This document shows, piece after piece, positions 1-13,058 of a stretch of DNA of 64,000 nt. The notes under the pieces were generated by a model, which worked only from the letters and a program-made list of their open reading frames with translations, ran no database searches and was not told the origin of the DNA. This stretch comes from Octopus bimaculoides (Eukaryota), in NCBI RefSeq assembly GCF_001194135.2, contig NC_068981.1, positions 191,035,555 through 191,099,554 on the forward strand, in the 5' to 3' direction. A program made the translations under genes and the position numbers. How positions within the stretch are numbered: the first letter of the stretch is position 1; every line of letters begins with the position of its first letter.

Positions 1-711
1 GAAATCTGTTGACATTTCCTTGTGAGCAAATCATCTGGTAGTTTGGTGCTTTCAAGGACAAATCATTAACCCTTACTTGAAAAACAAGGGTTAGTGACAG
101 GAAGAACATTCAGTTGTAAATACAATGCTTCAGTAATATTTGTTCATCTAACCCATGCCAACATAGAAAAATAGAACAAATATATCTTATCTCTTACTGT
201 CTTATATTTGTTTCAGTCATCTGGACTGTGGCCATGCTGGGGCATGCTTCAAGTTTTAGTCAAACAGACCCCCCACACCCCCAGTACTTATTCAATTGCT
301 CCCTCTTTGTTGCTATGTTTTGGAATATGAGCAAGCCAATACTAATTGTCAAGTGGTGGTGGTGGTGGTGATGGTTTCCGTCTACCAAATTCACTCGCAA
401 GGCATTGGTTACAATACTTTCCCAAGCTATTGCACTGAGGGACGGAACCCCAAAGCCACATGGGTGCCAAGTGACACACACATGCTCTCACATAGATACA
501 CTTATGTTGTTGTTATTATTTTTATGATAGCGAAATTTATTGACAGTAAAGCAAAATATCAAATATATTATGTTTGTTATATGTCAATCATATGGAGTTT
601 TCTATTACTGTAACAGACTCTAATTAAAAACCAGGAAGCAGTAATGATTAGTGGAATGGTAATTTTGCTCAAAATTATTACTGACCATATTGAGGTATAG
701 TTGTCTTTTGT

Positions 712-833
712 TCACATTTGTGGAATTTGAAGAATGCCTGATGAAATTCCACTCTGGTCATTGTTTGATTTATGATTCCAAACGGTAATATTTGAACTTG
801 GAAATACAAAAAAAGTCAAGACACCAGAGATTG
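712..833 (-). CDS. Candidate terminal coding exon, unidentified gene
   Basis: Minus acceptor tttatctttgaattacag|, phase-1 open frame (A)ISGVLTFFVFPSSNITVWNHKSNNDQSGISSGILQIPQM*, downstream aataaa near 535-540; phase matches candidate exon 2833-2947. A plus-strand frame here is also open, so support is weak. Confidence 0.3.
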
Positions 834-2482
834 CTGTAATTCAAAGATAAAATATAATTAAATGTTATGATTCATTATTGTCAATGAGTGAAATTTAAAT
901 TCATTACATTGGGAATTTTAAAAAAATTCTGTTATTGTTATATATTCATTGTAAAGAAAATAGGTGATTCTACAAACCAGACTCATCCCTGTCATAAATA
1001 TAAATGTCCAATCTTTATAGATATTAAAATTCACATATAACGTAAATTCCTTCATATTTTATTTAATTATTGCTTCAATTGTTCTTCTATTTTTTATTTT
1101 TACCGGTGACGATGAAAATAGCCAAATATTTTGTTTATATTTTCCCCAAAAACAACAATAAGTTGGGTTCAAAATATCAAATAATTTATTTTATATTCTA
1201 AAAAGAAAAACTTCATTTTTCAAAATGAAATTAAAAATTTCACTTTAATTTATAATTTTTGTTTTTTTTTTAAAAAAAAAAAGATTCTCTAATATGATTA
1301 CATTCTTTGTAATTTAATTTGTCCAATTTTTTTTTTTTTTTTTTTTTTTAATCATATAATTTAGATGGTGGAAGTGTATGAGTTGCCATAGATTTTCATC
1401 TCTAAAGCTTTTCACTGCCTGGTGAGGTCAAAGGGCAATTGTTATTGGACTTGAACCTCTATAGATTAATGTCTGAAGGAGAAATATAGGAATTGGTAAA
1501 GTTCCATTGAAAGTATTACCGTTCTTGTTATATAAAGGTTTGGGAGGAAATATTTATTGCTTCGTTCTTGGAGGTGAGACTCAGTAGGGATAATGAAATG
1601 AAGAGAGGCAGGGGAATCAGGTGGTAAAATGCATGCTATTTAAAGAACCAGGAAAAGTAGTATCAGCAGCAGTAGTAGAAGTATCAAAGAGGTTGTATTA
1701 GCATGCAGTTGATTGCAATGTTTTGCAGTGCAGATGTTTGCCAATCAGTCGGGTGACCAATGTCTGTGTGTATAGCAGTAGTTTTGTTCTTGATATATCA
1801 ACTATTCTCATATAAAGGAGTTTACTTTGTTTATGTATTTGCATTTAGAGCTGAAGAAGTTTCTGACTTGGAAAAGGAAGCGTATGCCTTTGAGGTGCAT
1901 TTTTTTTTTTTTAATTGACTGTTTGCACCACGAAAGGTCAGAAAAGATTGTGAGTTTAGCATTTGTAAATTTCAGGAAAATTTTGTTTTGAAAGTTGTTT
2001 ATGATTAAAAGAATGCATAGTATTGTGTTTCATTGGTATGTGTAATGGCTGTGTTCTATGTACTGCTGAAGGAAATTTGTTGCATGAAATATAATTAGAA
2101 TCAAAATAAGTAGTAAACATGGTGCCTTTATTATCCTGTATATTACTTATAGAACCTTTTTGAATAAGGAAAAGCATTCAGAATGTTGATACTCTCCCTA
2201 GTAAGAGACCAGAAAACCTATTTGCAATTTGGAATGTGAGAGATTCCTAATCTTAGATTTTTGTGTGGTAGATTGAAAACCTTGGTGAAGGAGAGAAATT
2301 TACTCCTTGTAATCAGGTATCAATGGTCCAAATGCATGTTGAGTTCTATTTTGGGTATTTGGGTTATGAACATTTTGGGTTCAGTCTCACTACATGGTAC
2401 CTTGGGCAAGTATCTTCTGCTATAGCCTTGGGTCAACCAAAGCCTTGTGAGTGGACTTGATTGATGGAAACTGAAAGAAGCC

Positions 2483-2522
<40 letters not shown>

Positions 2523-2586
2523 NNNNNNNNNNNNNNNNNNNNNNNNNNNNNNNNNNNNNNNNNNNNNNNNNNNNNNNNNNNNNNNN

Positions 2587-2599
2587 GCTCTTCCGATCT
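2587..2599 (+). other. Illumina adapter remnant (assembly artefact)
   Basis: gctcttccgatct directly after an N gap, identical to the 3' end of the standard Illumina adapter/primer. Confidence 0.9.
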
Positions 2600-2832
2600 A
2601 TATATATATGCTTGTGTGTGAATGGATGTTTGTGTTTCTTTACATCTGCTTTTTCACACAAAATCACTGCACCAACAATTTGTTACTTTTATACCTTTGA
2701 AACATGCAGAATAAAGTAACCATTACTTGAAAGTGGAAAGGGCTTGGTGACCAGAAGGGTGTCAGACTATAAGACAAAACCTCAGTAATGTAACCAAAAC
2801 AAAACTTGTTTGGAGGATGTGGAGGTACTTAC

Positions 2833-2947
2833 CAAAAAGCATAGCTTTAGTCACCAGTCTTTGGTGGTTCCATGTTGAAATATATTTACTGTCAAAACAA
2901 GTCAACATAGGAATGTCAGACTGTTGACCAATTAGCTGACTTAACAT
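2833..2947 (-). CDS. Candidate internal coding exon
   Basis: Acceptor gtttgattttttag|, donor |gtaagtac, only one frame open: MLSQLIGQQSDIPMLTCFDSKYISTWNHQRLVTKAMLF (phase 0 to 1). Confidence 0.4.
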
Positions 2948-3484
2948 CTAAAAAATCAAACAGAACTTTACCTGTGAGGGGAAAGGGGTCATGTTTGATT
3001 CCTAGTCAGTCTTAGTATATGATGCAATAAGTACTGGTCAGTCTAAAGTTCATGAGAAGAGACAGACTTCAGAACTTAGAAATGGTAAAACAGAATACGT
3101 CTGCTGGTAATGTTAATAAACTGAAAGCTGCCTGTACAGTGTGTACTAAAATCTAGCTCTCCTAAGATACTAATTATTTTAAAGTACCTTCCTTGCTGGA
3201 TACCTCGTATAATACTTGTTAGTCAGACATTTTAAACTTATATATTAAAAGCTTTTTAGCTGTAAAGTAGGTTTTAACTCTGAAGTAGAAACTTTTCATC
3301 TTGAAGGATGATTATCTTATAAATTCACAAACCTTTATATGTAAGTGTATGCGATTATTTTCTGTTTAGATTTTTGAGTGCTTTGTAAAGTCTCTGGTCA
3401 TTCTCTTTCTTTCTATGCTTCCACATAATTACAAAACTGAAGAAATAAGTTCAATTTCCTGGAAGTCAAATATTGCTAGACTAC

Positions 3485-3838
3485 CCACTGACTGGCCCCC
3501 ATGCTGGTGGCACATAAAAAGCACCATCCAAACGTGGTTGATGCCAATGCCCCCTGACTGGCCCCCATGCCAGTGGCATGTAAAAAGCAGTATCTGAACG
3601 TGATCGATGCCAGGCCCGCCTGACTGTCTCCTGTTCCAGTGGCACATAAAAAGCACCCACTACACTTTCGGAGTGGTTGGCATTAGGAAGGGCATCCAGC
3701 AGTAAAAACATTGCCAGATCAGATTGGAGCCTGATGCAGCTGCTGATTTTCCAGACCTCAGTTAAACCATCCAACCCATGCCAGCATGGAAAACAGACGT
3801 TAAATGGTGGTGATGATGATGATGATGATGATGATGAT
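3485..3838 (+). mobile_element. RTE 3'-UTR-derived repeat with about 3 copies of a 66-bp internal unit, (GAT)n tail
   Basis: ggaagggcatccagc...ccatgccagcatggaaaacagacgttaaa(gat)n; same family as 47791-48200. Confidence 0.8.
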
Positions 3839-4322
3839 AAGAATGTCATGCTAAACAGTAGCAAGAATCCAAACTAGGGACCACATTAGATTATTGGCAT
3901 CAAGGGTCTGAGGACAAGTAGGGAATCTTCCTATTCAAATATTTCTTATCAGACTTTGTTTGACTGTATCTATTAAGAAACTTCATAGTGGTAGCTTTCA
4001 ATATTGCGACACACTCTCTCTCATATCCATTATAGCCATTCTTTCTAATTTCTCTATAAATGTGAATGCTTTGTCTTCAATTCCCCCTTATCCAATATGT
4101 TGGTTGGATTTGTCATCAAGGTATTATCTCACTTGTTTACACCAGTTCAGAATTTTATCTGAAGATGGTGGATTGTATGATGTAATTTATGAATGCATCA
4201 ATAAAACACTCAAAGGTGAAATGATGCTAAAACATTTTATAATCAAACCCCAGGCTGACCAAAACTTTGTCACAGAATTTGGTAGATGAAAACTGAAAGA
4301 ACTCTATGTATGTATGTGGGTA

Positions 4323-4597
4323 CAGTGCAGGATTAATCATTAAGCAAGACGATCACATGCTTAGGGCATCAAAGGAAGGGGAGGGGCACCACAGAAATAG
4401 TAAATGGTTTACAGCACAAAAGAAATCACTATAAACTTGCTAGAATAATATTTCGGATGCCTTATCTCTAGTAAGTATACAAGCAGATGTGTTACGTGGG
4501 ATAAATTTTGAGGATTTGATCAAAGACTTTGCAATTAAAAAAAGTAGAAAACTTTTCCAATATAAATAAAGTACAGAAATTAACATTATTTTCCATC
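4323..4597 (+). mobile_element. Non-autonomous hAT element with transposase C-terminal remnant
   Basis: Starts cagtgcaggattaa; 4456-4567 reads DALSLVSIQADVLRGINFEDLIKDFAIKKSRKLFQYK*, typical of hAT dimerisation-domain ends; sister copy at 15441. Confidence 0.7.
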
Positions 4598-4746
4598 TGT
4601 TAGGAAGGGCATCCAGCTGTAGAAACTCTGCCAGATCAGATTGGAGCCTGGTGCAGCCATCTGGTTCCCCAGTCCTCAGTCAAATCGTCCAACCCATGCC
4701 AGCATAGAAAGCAGACGTTAAACGATGATGATGATGATGATGATGA
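4598..4746 (+). mobile_element. 5'-truncated RTE-tail copy inserted into the hAT remnant
   Basis: gttaggaagggcatccagc...gttaaac(gat)n. Confidence 0.8.
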
Positions 4747-5159
4747 TTTCAAAGAATATAAAAGTACATTGATACATTCCCATTTTGAAAATGATTTAAA
4801 TGATGCAAAACCATTTTGGTTTCCTTAAAATTATCTCCTGACTAAATTTATTTCTAATTGTAACCATAAATTACACAAAATAGAAATAGTGGCATTGCTA
4901 TTTTATATGTGTTGTTATCATTCTTATTATTTCTAGTGGTCAAAAAACTCCTCATAAACAATTTAATGTCATTCCTTTTCTTTTACTTATAAATCTTCTA
5001 ATACTTTATTTCATACTTTTATCGCTTAAATTAAAAAAACTTCATGCATACATACATATGTACTACCAATACCTGCATTCAAATTCCAAATTGTAACTAT
5101 ATGTATATATAAGCTGAGCAAAATCACAGCCATGGAAGATACCAGTGTTACGCAAATTG

Positions 5160-5398
5160 ACACCCATGCTGGTGGCATGTAAACACACCCCATATCACGT
5201 GGATGGCACCTATGCTGTAAAAGCACCCTTTACACTCCCAGAGTGGTTGGCGTTAGGAAGGGCGTCCAGCCGTAGAAAACCATGCCAAATCAGACTGGAG
5301 TCTAGTGCAGCCTTCCAGCTTACCAGCTCTGGTCAAACCATCCAACACATGCCAGCTTGGACAAAGGACGTTAAATGGAGGAGGAGGAGGAGGAGGAG
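5160..5398 (+). mobile_element. RTE-tail copy with (GGA)n tail
   Basis: Family body, tail gttaaat(gga)n running into a gap. Confidence 0.8.
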
Positions 5399-6108
5399 NN
5401 NNNNNNNNNNNNNNNNNNNNNNNNNNNNNNNNNNNNNNNNNNNNNNNNNNNNNNNNNNNNNNNNNNNNNNNNNNNNNNNNNNNNNNNNNNNNNNNNNNNN
5501 NNNNNNNNNNNNNNNNNNNNNNNNNNNNNNNNNNNNNNNNNNNNNNNNNNNNNNNNNNNNNNNNNNNNNNNNNNNNNNNNNNNNNNNNNNNNNNNNNNNN
5601 NNNNNNNNNNNNNNNNNNNNNNNNNNNNNNNNNNNNNNNNNNNNNNNNNNNNNNNNNNNNNNNNNNNNNNNNNNNNNNNNNNNNNNNNNNNNNNNNNNNN
5701 NNNNNNNNNNNNNNNNNNNNNNNNNNNNNNNNNNNNNNNNNNNNNNNNNNNNNNNNNNNNNNNNNNNNNNNNNNNNNNNNNNNNNNNNNNNNNNNNNNNN
5801 NNNNNNNNNNNNNNNNNNNNNNNNNNNNNNNNNNNNNNNNNNNNNNNNNNNNNNNNNNNNNNNNNNNNNNNNNNNNNNNNNNNNNNNNNNNNNNNNNNNN
5901 NNNNNNNNNNNNNNNNNNNNNNNNNNNNNNNNNNNNNNNNNNNNNNNNNNNNNNNNNNNNNNNNNNNNNNNNNNNNNNNNNNNNNNNNNNNNNNNNNNNN
6001 NNNNNNNNNNNNNNNNNNNNNNNNNNNNNNNNNNNNNNNNNNNNNNNNNNNNNNNNNNNNNNNNNNNNNNNNNNNNNNNNNNNNNNNNNNNNNNNNNNNN
6101 NNNNNNNN

Positions 6109-6139
<31 letters not shown>

Positions 6140-6166
6140 CCTACCTACCTACCTATATACATACAG

Positions 6167-6197
<31 letters not shown>

Positions 6198-6810
6198 CCT
6201 ACCTACCTACATACATACATACAAAATACATATATACATGCATGTCAGTTTGTGTGTGTGTGTGTATATATATTATGTAGTATGTAGTATTTTAGTAGAG
6301 ATTGATTTGAACTGAAATTCCATTTGATGTTTTTATTCATCATAATATAACGATGTATCGACAAGTTAAATCCAGAAGATCAAAATTATTTGAAGATATC
6401 ATAAATACACTTTTGTCTTGCTGACAAAATGTTATTGATTCTGTCATTACTTATTTTGATGAATAAATTTCATTTTTGATGCAGCATAGCTTTCAGTTTT
6501 CAACAAAAATACTTTCTCTCTCTCTCTTTTTTCCTTTTTTTCCTTTTTTTTCTTTTCAAATCAGTATAGATTATGTGAGTGTGCAAGGCCATATAAAACT
6601 AAGTTATGGAGTTATGAAGATATAAGTGTGTGACTGTGTGAATGATAACAATAAAGGAGAGAATAGCATACTTCCATATGAATTAAATACATCTTTAATC
6701 TGTTCATGTATGTACTTATTCACATTGTGTACTTGTATTTACAGCAGAGATTTCATTTATGCTGGTTGTTACATGCACAAACCTGATGTACTTTATACAT
6801 ATATATATTT

Positions 6811-6849
<39 letters not shown>

Positions 6850-6977
6850 NNNNNNNNNNNNNNNNNNNNNNNNNNNNNNNNNNNNNNNNNNNNNNNNNNN
6901 NNNNNNNNNNNNNNNNNNNNNNNNNNNNNNNNNNNNNNNNNNNNNNNNNNNNNNNNNNNNNNNNNNATATATATACA

Positions 6978-7017
<40 letters not shown>

Positions 7018-7278
7018 CATATACAAGGTTTGTGTTAGTGGGATTAACTTTGCACATCTAAAATGCACATATGTGAGTAAGTGCACATTTGTGATAAATG
7101 CATTTTTATTAGAAATATGTATTGTTGCATCATAGTTTCTGCTGTTTGAAGACCCAATCCAGAGCAGAAGCCTCTACATCAGCAATTCTCAACATGGGAT
7201 CCAGACCTCCTAGGGTTTCCTCAAGGTAATAGTGGGTGGGCTGTTTGGGCTTCATTCAAGTTTCTTTTTTCTTCATTC

Positions 7279-7507
7279 TTAGCCTTTTAGCATTCAGTTT
7301 ACTCTGTCAAGTATAATGCTTTATTTATTCTCATGGCTTTGAATTAATCATGCATTATCTTGTAGCTTTGAAATTTTGATGATGTGCTTGTTTATTTTTA
7401 GAATGACATTGTAGGGTAGGTGTGATAGGTCAGAGATAGCTGGTTTCAACACCAAACATGTAGAACATTTGGGCTGGATATGGCCAGTTTAAATGCTAAA
7501 AGATTAA
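7279..7507. mobile_element. TTAA-flanked MITE (piggyBac-like termini)
   Basis: Ends ttagccttttagcatt ... aatgctaaaagattaa; related copy about 48615-48805 ends aatgctaaaagggttaa. Confidence 0.55.
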
Positions 7508-8438
7508 AGTGGTGAATTGGCAGATTTTTTTTAGTATTAGAATGTTTTGTGCTATTGGCTCTGACTCTCTGTACTTTGAGTTCAAACCCCACTGAAGTCA
7601 ACTCTGCCTTTCATTATTTCATGGTTAGAAACTGTATGACCATCAGACCAAATGCTTTGCAGTATATTTTCTGGCTCTTTGTATTCTGAGTTCAAATCCA
7701 GCCATGACCTGCTTGAGTGATTGACTTAACCCATTGCCCTTTTTAACACCACCATCTGGCTACCTTCTGTGCCTCTACTGGAATACACTTTGTTATAAGA
7801 TTTTGTGCCAGGGCTTTGGTTTGTGGATGACTTTGTCACAACAGCCTCAGAGGCATTGTGAAGGGTCAAGGGCACTGAAAGATCAAAGAAATATATAATT
7901 TATTAATTTTTTGCTTTAATTGTTTCATAAAACAAACAAAACTGGTAGTTGGTATGTACATTAATATACACATACAAATAAAAGCCTTACGGCAATGAGA
8001 CAGCATTATGACAAGACATGTGTAGGCTCTTACACAGTTCCTGCCTGCTAAATTCATTTACAAGGCATTGGTCATCCCAGTAGAAGACATTTGTCCAAAG
8101 TTTGATGCAATGGGACTAAACCAGAACCCTAATTGTTGCAAAAGAAGTTTCTGAACCTTACAGCCATGACCAGGAACATTTGTATTCTTATAATTTCCCC
8201 ATTAATACAATAATGACATGAGTATTATCAACCAATGTAGGTATTAATAATGTTGCTGGCAACTTATGTCTCCAGGAGAAATATTTATAGCCTGTCTGTA
8301 GTTCCATACATTTAAGAAACCTTTTAAATAAAACATCCTTTTAATCTTTTCTTGGTCATTCAATGTTGAACGAATAGTTGAAAAACTAATTGGAAATGTA
8401 TAAATGTGGCACATAAGGTAATTACTTAAAGGTGTCAG

Positions 8439-8558
<120 letters not shown>

Positions 8559-8952
8559 CCGTGCATGTCAGTCACAGTCATTCTTGAACGTGACCAGACA
8601 CATTTTAAGAATTAGGTTTCAGGCTAATTGATTTTATTTAGTAATTTAAGCTTCATCGAAAATGCTCTGATTTCAAATTGTTCACTTTGCCGATATTCAT
8701 ATCATGGCACTCTTCACTCACCCCTCTCTTTCTGTGCGTGCACACAAACACACACATGTAATCTAATATACATACATATATGTATATAAAGTGTGTGTGT
8801 GTGGTATGTGTATATGCAAGAATATACACATGAAATACATTCCAAACTACAATATTAATATTAAGATGACTATCAATTTGTTTCAGACACAGTTCTGTGT
8901 TTCAATTGCAAACTCAACCTCATCAGTAGTAGAGTGTGTATACAGCAGTCAT

Positions 8953-9038
8953 TTAAAATAAAGCTTTGAGATATTCTTTATTATTTTTTAGGTTGTAAAG
9001 CTGTTGCTTTAGTAGTTGCTGTTGCCATTCATCAGTTG
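8953..9038 (-). CDS. Candidate terminal coding exon
   Basis: Strong acceptor ttacttttgtgatacattttcag|, phase-1 frame TDEWQQQLLKQQLYNLKNNKEYLKALF*. Confidence 0.35.
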
Positions 9039-9829
9039 CTGAAAATGTATCACAAAAGTAATAAAAATATTACATTTTGAGTCCTATAATTTATATTTAA
9101 TTTTCAATTTCATGGTGCCCCAGCATGACCACAGCTTTAAAGCTGAAACGAATTAAAGAATTTAATGGCCATTTTCCAAGCTGTTCATGGGTCTGATGGA
9201 TGAACAGGATCTGATATCTTGGGAGGAATGCATCATACTCCATTATCTGCTTTAGCATGGTTTGTCTGGCTGGATGCCCTTCCTAATGCCAACCACTTAA
9301 GAATGTACTGGATGTGTTTTGCAAAGCACCAGCACTAGTGAATATTACCTTGTAATTTGCAAGACTAAGAGAGAGGGGTGGTGAGGTAGAGTAAGATGAA
9401 AGGGACAGTCTTGTGGGAGTGGAAAGAGTATCAGAGTAGATATTGAAGGAGAGAGAGTATTACAGAGAAGAGAGGAAGGGGAAGGTATAAATATCAGGAA
9501 TATATACATTTGTGTGTGTGCATGCATGCATGTGTGTGTGTGTATGTGTGTTTGTTTGAGCATATTGTCATCAGCAATGCAAAAATCAGCAAAGAAAATG
9601 AAAATAAAATAATTTTTAATTAAAAAATAAGCCAGTACTTTTGAATAAAAATATATTCTTGTATGGTATTTGTTTCACTGAGTTCAATCCCCTGTCAGTT
9701 TTTCCATCAGAAGTTCACTGAAGCAATGATTGGTTTGTAGTAAAACTGTAGCCAATTGCAATATTAAAAAAAAAAAAAATTTAATTTAGATTAAAAATAA
9801 AAATTAAGTACAGTGTAAAGAATAAACTA

Positions 9830-9995
9830 CAGTTCTATATTTAAGAGACGAGGAATTATTTACATTATTTACATTTGACGGATATTTGTCCTCATTTTGT
9901 TTGTTGTTAACACGTTTCGGCTGATATACTCTCCAGCCTTCGTCAGGTGTCTTGGGGAAATTTCGAACCTGGGTTCTCATTCCTAACGATGTTAC

Positions 9996-10058
<63 letters not shown>

Positions 10059-10301
10059 TATTAATCAGATCGTAGTGGTTAAGAGCGCGGGCTGCTAACC
10101 CCAAGGTTCCAAGTTCGATTCACGGCAGCAACCTGATTAATAATAGTAATAATAATATTAATAATAATATAATAATAGTAACATCGTCAGGAATGAGAAC
10201 CCAGGTTCGAAATTTCCCCAAGACACCTGACGAAGGCTGGAGGGTATATCAGCCGAAACAAACAAGATGAGGACAAATATCCGTCAAATGTAAATAATGT
10301 T
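9830..10301. mobile_element. Fold-back element: tRNA-like head between inverted (AAT)n + Penelope-like hammerhead arms, 12-bp TSD
   Basis: Arms about 9862-10068 and 10132-10300 are reverse complements; aagaataaacta at 9818-9829 and 10302-10313. Confidence 0.8.
10069..10135 (+). ncRNA. tRNA-derived SINE head (Ser(GCT)-like loop), not a functional tRNA
   Basis: gtagtggttaag (A box), gcgggctgctaacccc anticodon-like arm, gttcgattc (B box); 5' acceptor strand missing. Confidence 0.6.
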
Positions 10302-10419
10302 AAGAATAAACTAGTTCGAAAATATTGGAAAATATATGATTTTTTTGTTATATATCTTAGCAGAGAAATATGGAAATTTTCTGAAAATTTAGATATTTCA
10401 TTATTATTTCAGCATTTAA

Positions 10420-10640
10420 GGTGTCAAGCTGGCAGAATCGTTAGCATACTGGACAGAATGCTTAGTGGTATTTCGTCTGTCTTTATGTTCACAGTTCAAA
10501 TTCTGCCAAGGTCGACTTTTCATCCTTTTGGGGTCAATAAATTAAGTACCAGTTTACCAGTTGCATACTGGAGTCGATCTAATCAACTGGCCCCCACTTC
10601 CACAAAAATGTTGGACCTTGTGCCTAGAGTAGAAAAGAAT
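10420..10640 (+). mobile_element. tRNA-headed SINE family B
   Basis: gctggcagaatcgttagc...gttcaaattc...taagtaccag...gcctagagtagaaaagaat. Confidence 0.75.
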
Positions 10641-10965
10641 ATTTGGTTTGTTTCCTTTCTTTTCAGACTAAGCCATCACAATAAAACAGATAATAGAAAA
10701 AAATATAATTAAACAAATGCAGGTGGTCGTACTACTACTATTACTACTACTACTACTTCTACTATTTAGTCAATTTTTTTTTTCTTTTCACTCACCCAAT
10801 GTTTTGATTAATTAAATGTCTGATATATATTTTTTTTTTTTCATTTTTTTGTTTTTCAATTTTGTTGGTTTCAGTCATTGGACCTGGTCATGCTGGGGCA
10901 CCACCTTTAAGGATTTAAGGATTTAGTCAAACAAATTGTTCCCCAGTATTTATTTCTTACCACAA

Positions 10966-11345
10966 AGCCATGCATGGCTTTGTGGTAAGAAGTTTGCTTC
11001 CCAACCACATGGTTCCAAGTTCAGTCCCACTGTGTGGCATCTCAGGCAGGTGTTTTCTATTACTGCCACAAGCTGACTAAAGCCTTGTGAGTTGATTTAG
11101 TAGGTGGAAACTGAAAGAAGCCTATTATGTGTGTGTTGTTGTGTCTGTGTTTGTCCCCTACCACTGCTTGACAACCAGTGTTGGTGCATTTATGTGTCTG
11201 TGACCTTGTAGTTCAGCAAAAGAGACTGATACAATAAGTACCAGTCTTAAAAAATAAAGTACTGAGGTCAATTCATTCAACTAAAATTCTTCAAAGCAGT
11301 GCCCCAGCATGGTCGCAGTCTTAATGATTGAAATAAATAAAACAT
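10966..11345 (+). mobile_element. SINE family A (tRNA head + CORE-like block + TG repeat + gcagtgccccagcatgg tail)
   Basis: Full head-to-tail copy; an inverted tail fragment at about 10865-10960 gives it inverted ends. Confidence 0.75.
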
Positions 11346-11671
11346 GATACATATAAGCTATTTACATAACATATTACTCTGCATGACAACTGGTTTAATT
11401 TGTTGATAACTAAATTTCTCTTATTTTGGATGTTCTGGTAAAGTTAGAATTAGATAAAGTGAACACATATCTTGAAATGATATTTCTTTGTTTCTGCTAA
11501 CATGTAATTTTGGAATACCACATTTCTTATACGTCTATCTCAGGGCAATTGCTGTTCACAGTTGTGTGCATATGTATATATGTATGTGTGCATATATGCG
11601 TGTGTGCGTGTAATTATAACCAAGGAAAATGAAATCACTATGTGTGAGCATATTATGTATGAGTATATGTA

Positions 11672-11738
<67 letters not shown>

Positions 11739-12077
11739 NNNNNNNNNNNNNNNNNNNNNNNNNNNNNNNNNNNNNNNNNNNNNNNNNNNNNNNNNNNNNN
11801 NNNNNNNNNNNNNNNNNNNNNNNNNNNNNNNNNNNNNNNNNNNNNNNNNNNNNNNNNNNNNNNNNNNNNNNNNNNNNNNNNNNNNNNNNNNNNNNNNNNN
11901 NNNNNNNNNNNNNNNNNNNNNNNNNNNNNNNNNNNNNNNNNNNNNNNNNNNNNNNNNNNNNNNNNNNNNNNNNNNNNNNNNNNNNNNNNNNNNNNNNNNN
12001 NNNNNNNNNNNNNNNNNNNNNNNNNNNNNNNNNNNNNNNNNNNNNNNNNNNNNNNNNNNNNNNNNNNNNNNNNNNNN

Positions 12078-12140
<63 letters not shown>

Positions 12141-12375
12141 CATATATATGTATGCATATATATGAATGTCAGTATATATATATATATATACATATATGTA
12201 TACACACACACACACACAATATATATGTATATGTATATATATGAATATATATTACATATGTATGTATGCATACGTATGAATGTAAGCATACACACACACA
12301 CAGAATTATATAAGCACAGTATTTCAGAAACTTTTCCGTGTTGATTAAAAAATTTGTGTATTCATTTTGCCTCAC

Positions 12376-12422
12376 CACTTTGATAAATACCTTCACTGGT
12401 GCCAACATCATCCAAGATGTTA
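12376..12422 (-). CDS. Candidate small coding exon
   Basis: aatctag| ... |gtgagg; NILDDVGTSEGIYQS (phase 2 to 1), phase-compatible with 8953-9038 and 17763-17844. Confidence 0.25.
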
Positions 12423-12643
12423 CTAGATTATTGTGAAACCATTTTAATCATTCATTATATAATCTTTAGAGTTTAGCTTCAAGTAAACATCCATTATATT
12501 ATTATTAATATTATGCAAAGCAATAACTTTGCTGCCTCCTCACAATATAACTCATTTGTGAAGAAAAGAATGTGTTGATGTGTGTGTACATACATATGTA
12601 TATATATGTGTGTGTGTATATGTGTATATATGTATGTATGCAT

Positions 12644-12678
<35 letters not shown>

Positions 12679-12960
12679 NNNNNNNNNNNNNNNNNNNNNN
12701 NNNNNNNNNNNNNNNNNNNNNNNNNNNNNNNNNNNNNNNNNNNNNNNNNNNNNNNNNNNNNNNNNNNNNNNNNNNNNNNNNNNNNNNNNNNNNNNNNNNN
12801 NNNNNNNNNNNNNNNNNNNNNNNNNNNNNNNNNNNNNNNNNNNNNNNNNNNNNNNNNNNNNNNNNNNNNNNNNNNNNNNNNNNNNNNNNNNNNNNNNNNN
12901 NNNNNNNNNNNNNNNNNNNNNNNNNNNNNNNNNNNNNNNNNNNNNNNNNNNNNNNNNNNN

Positions 12961-13007
<47 letters not shown>

Positions 13008-13011
13008 CATA

Positions 13012-13058
<47 letters not shown>

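Noticed and set aside
1380-1900. Possible Penelope GIY-YIG relic on minus
   Set aside because: Only vague motif resemblance across frameshifts; cannot support without a search.
10069-10135. Functional tRNA-Ser gene
   Set aside because: No 5' acceptor strand, embedded in a mobile element.
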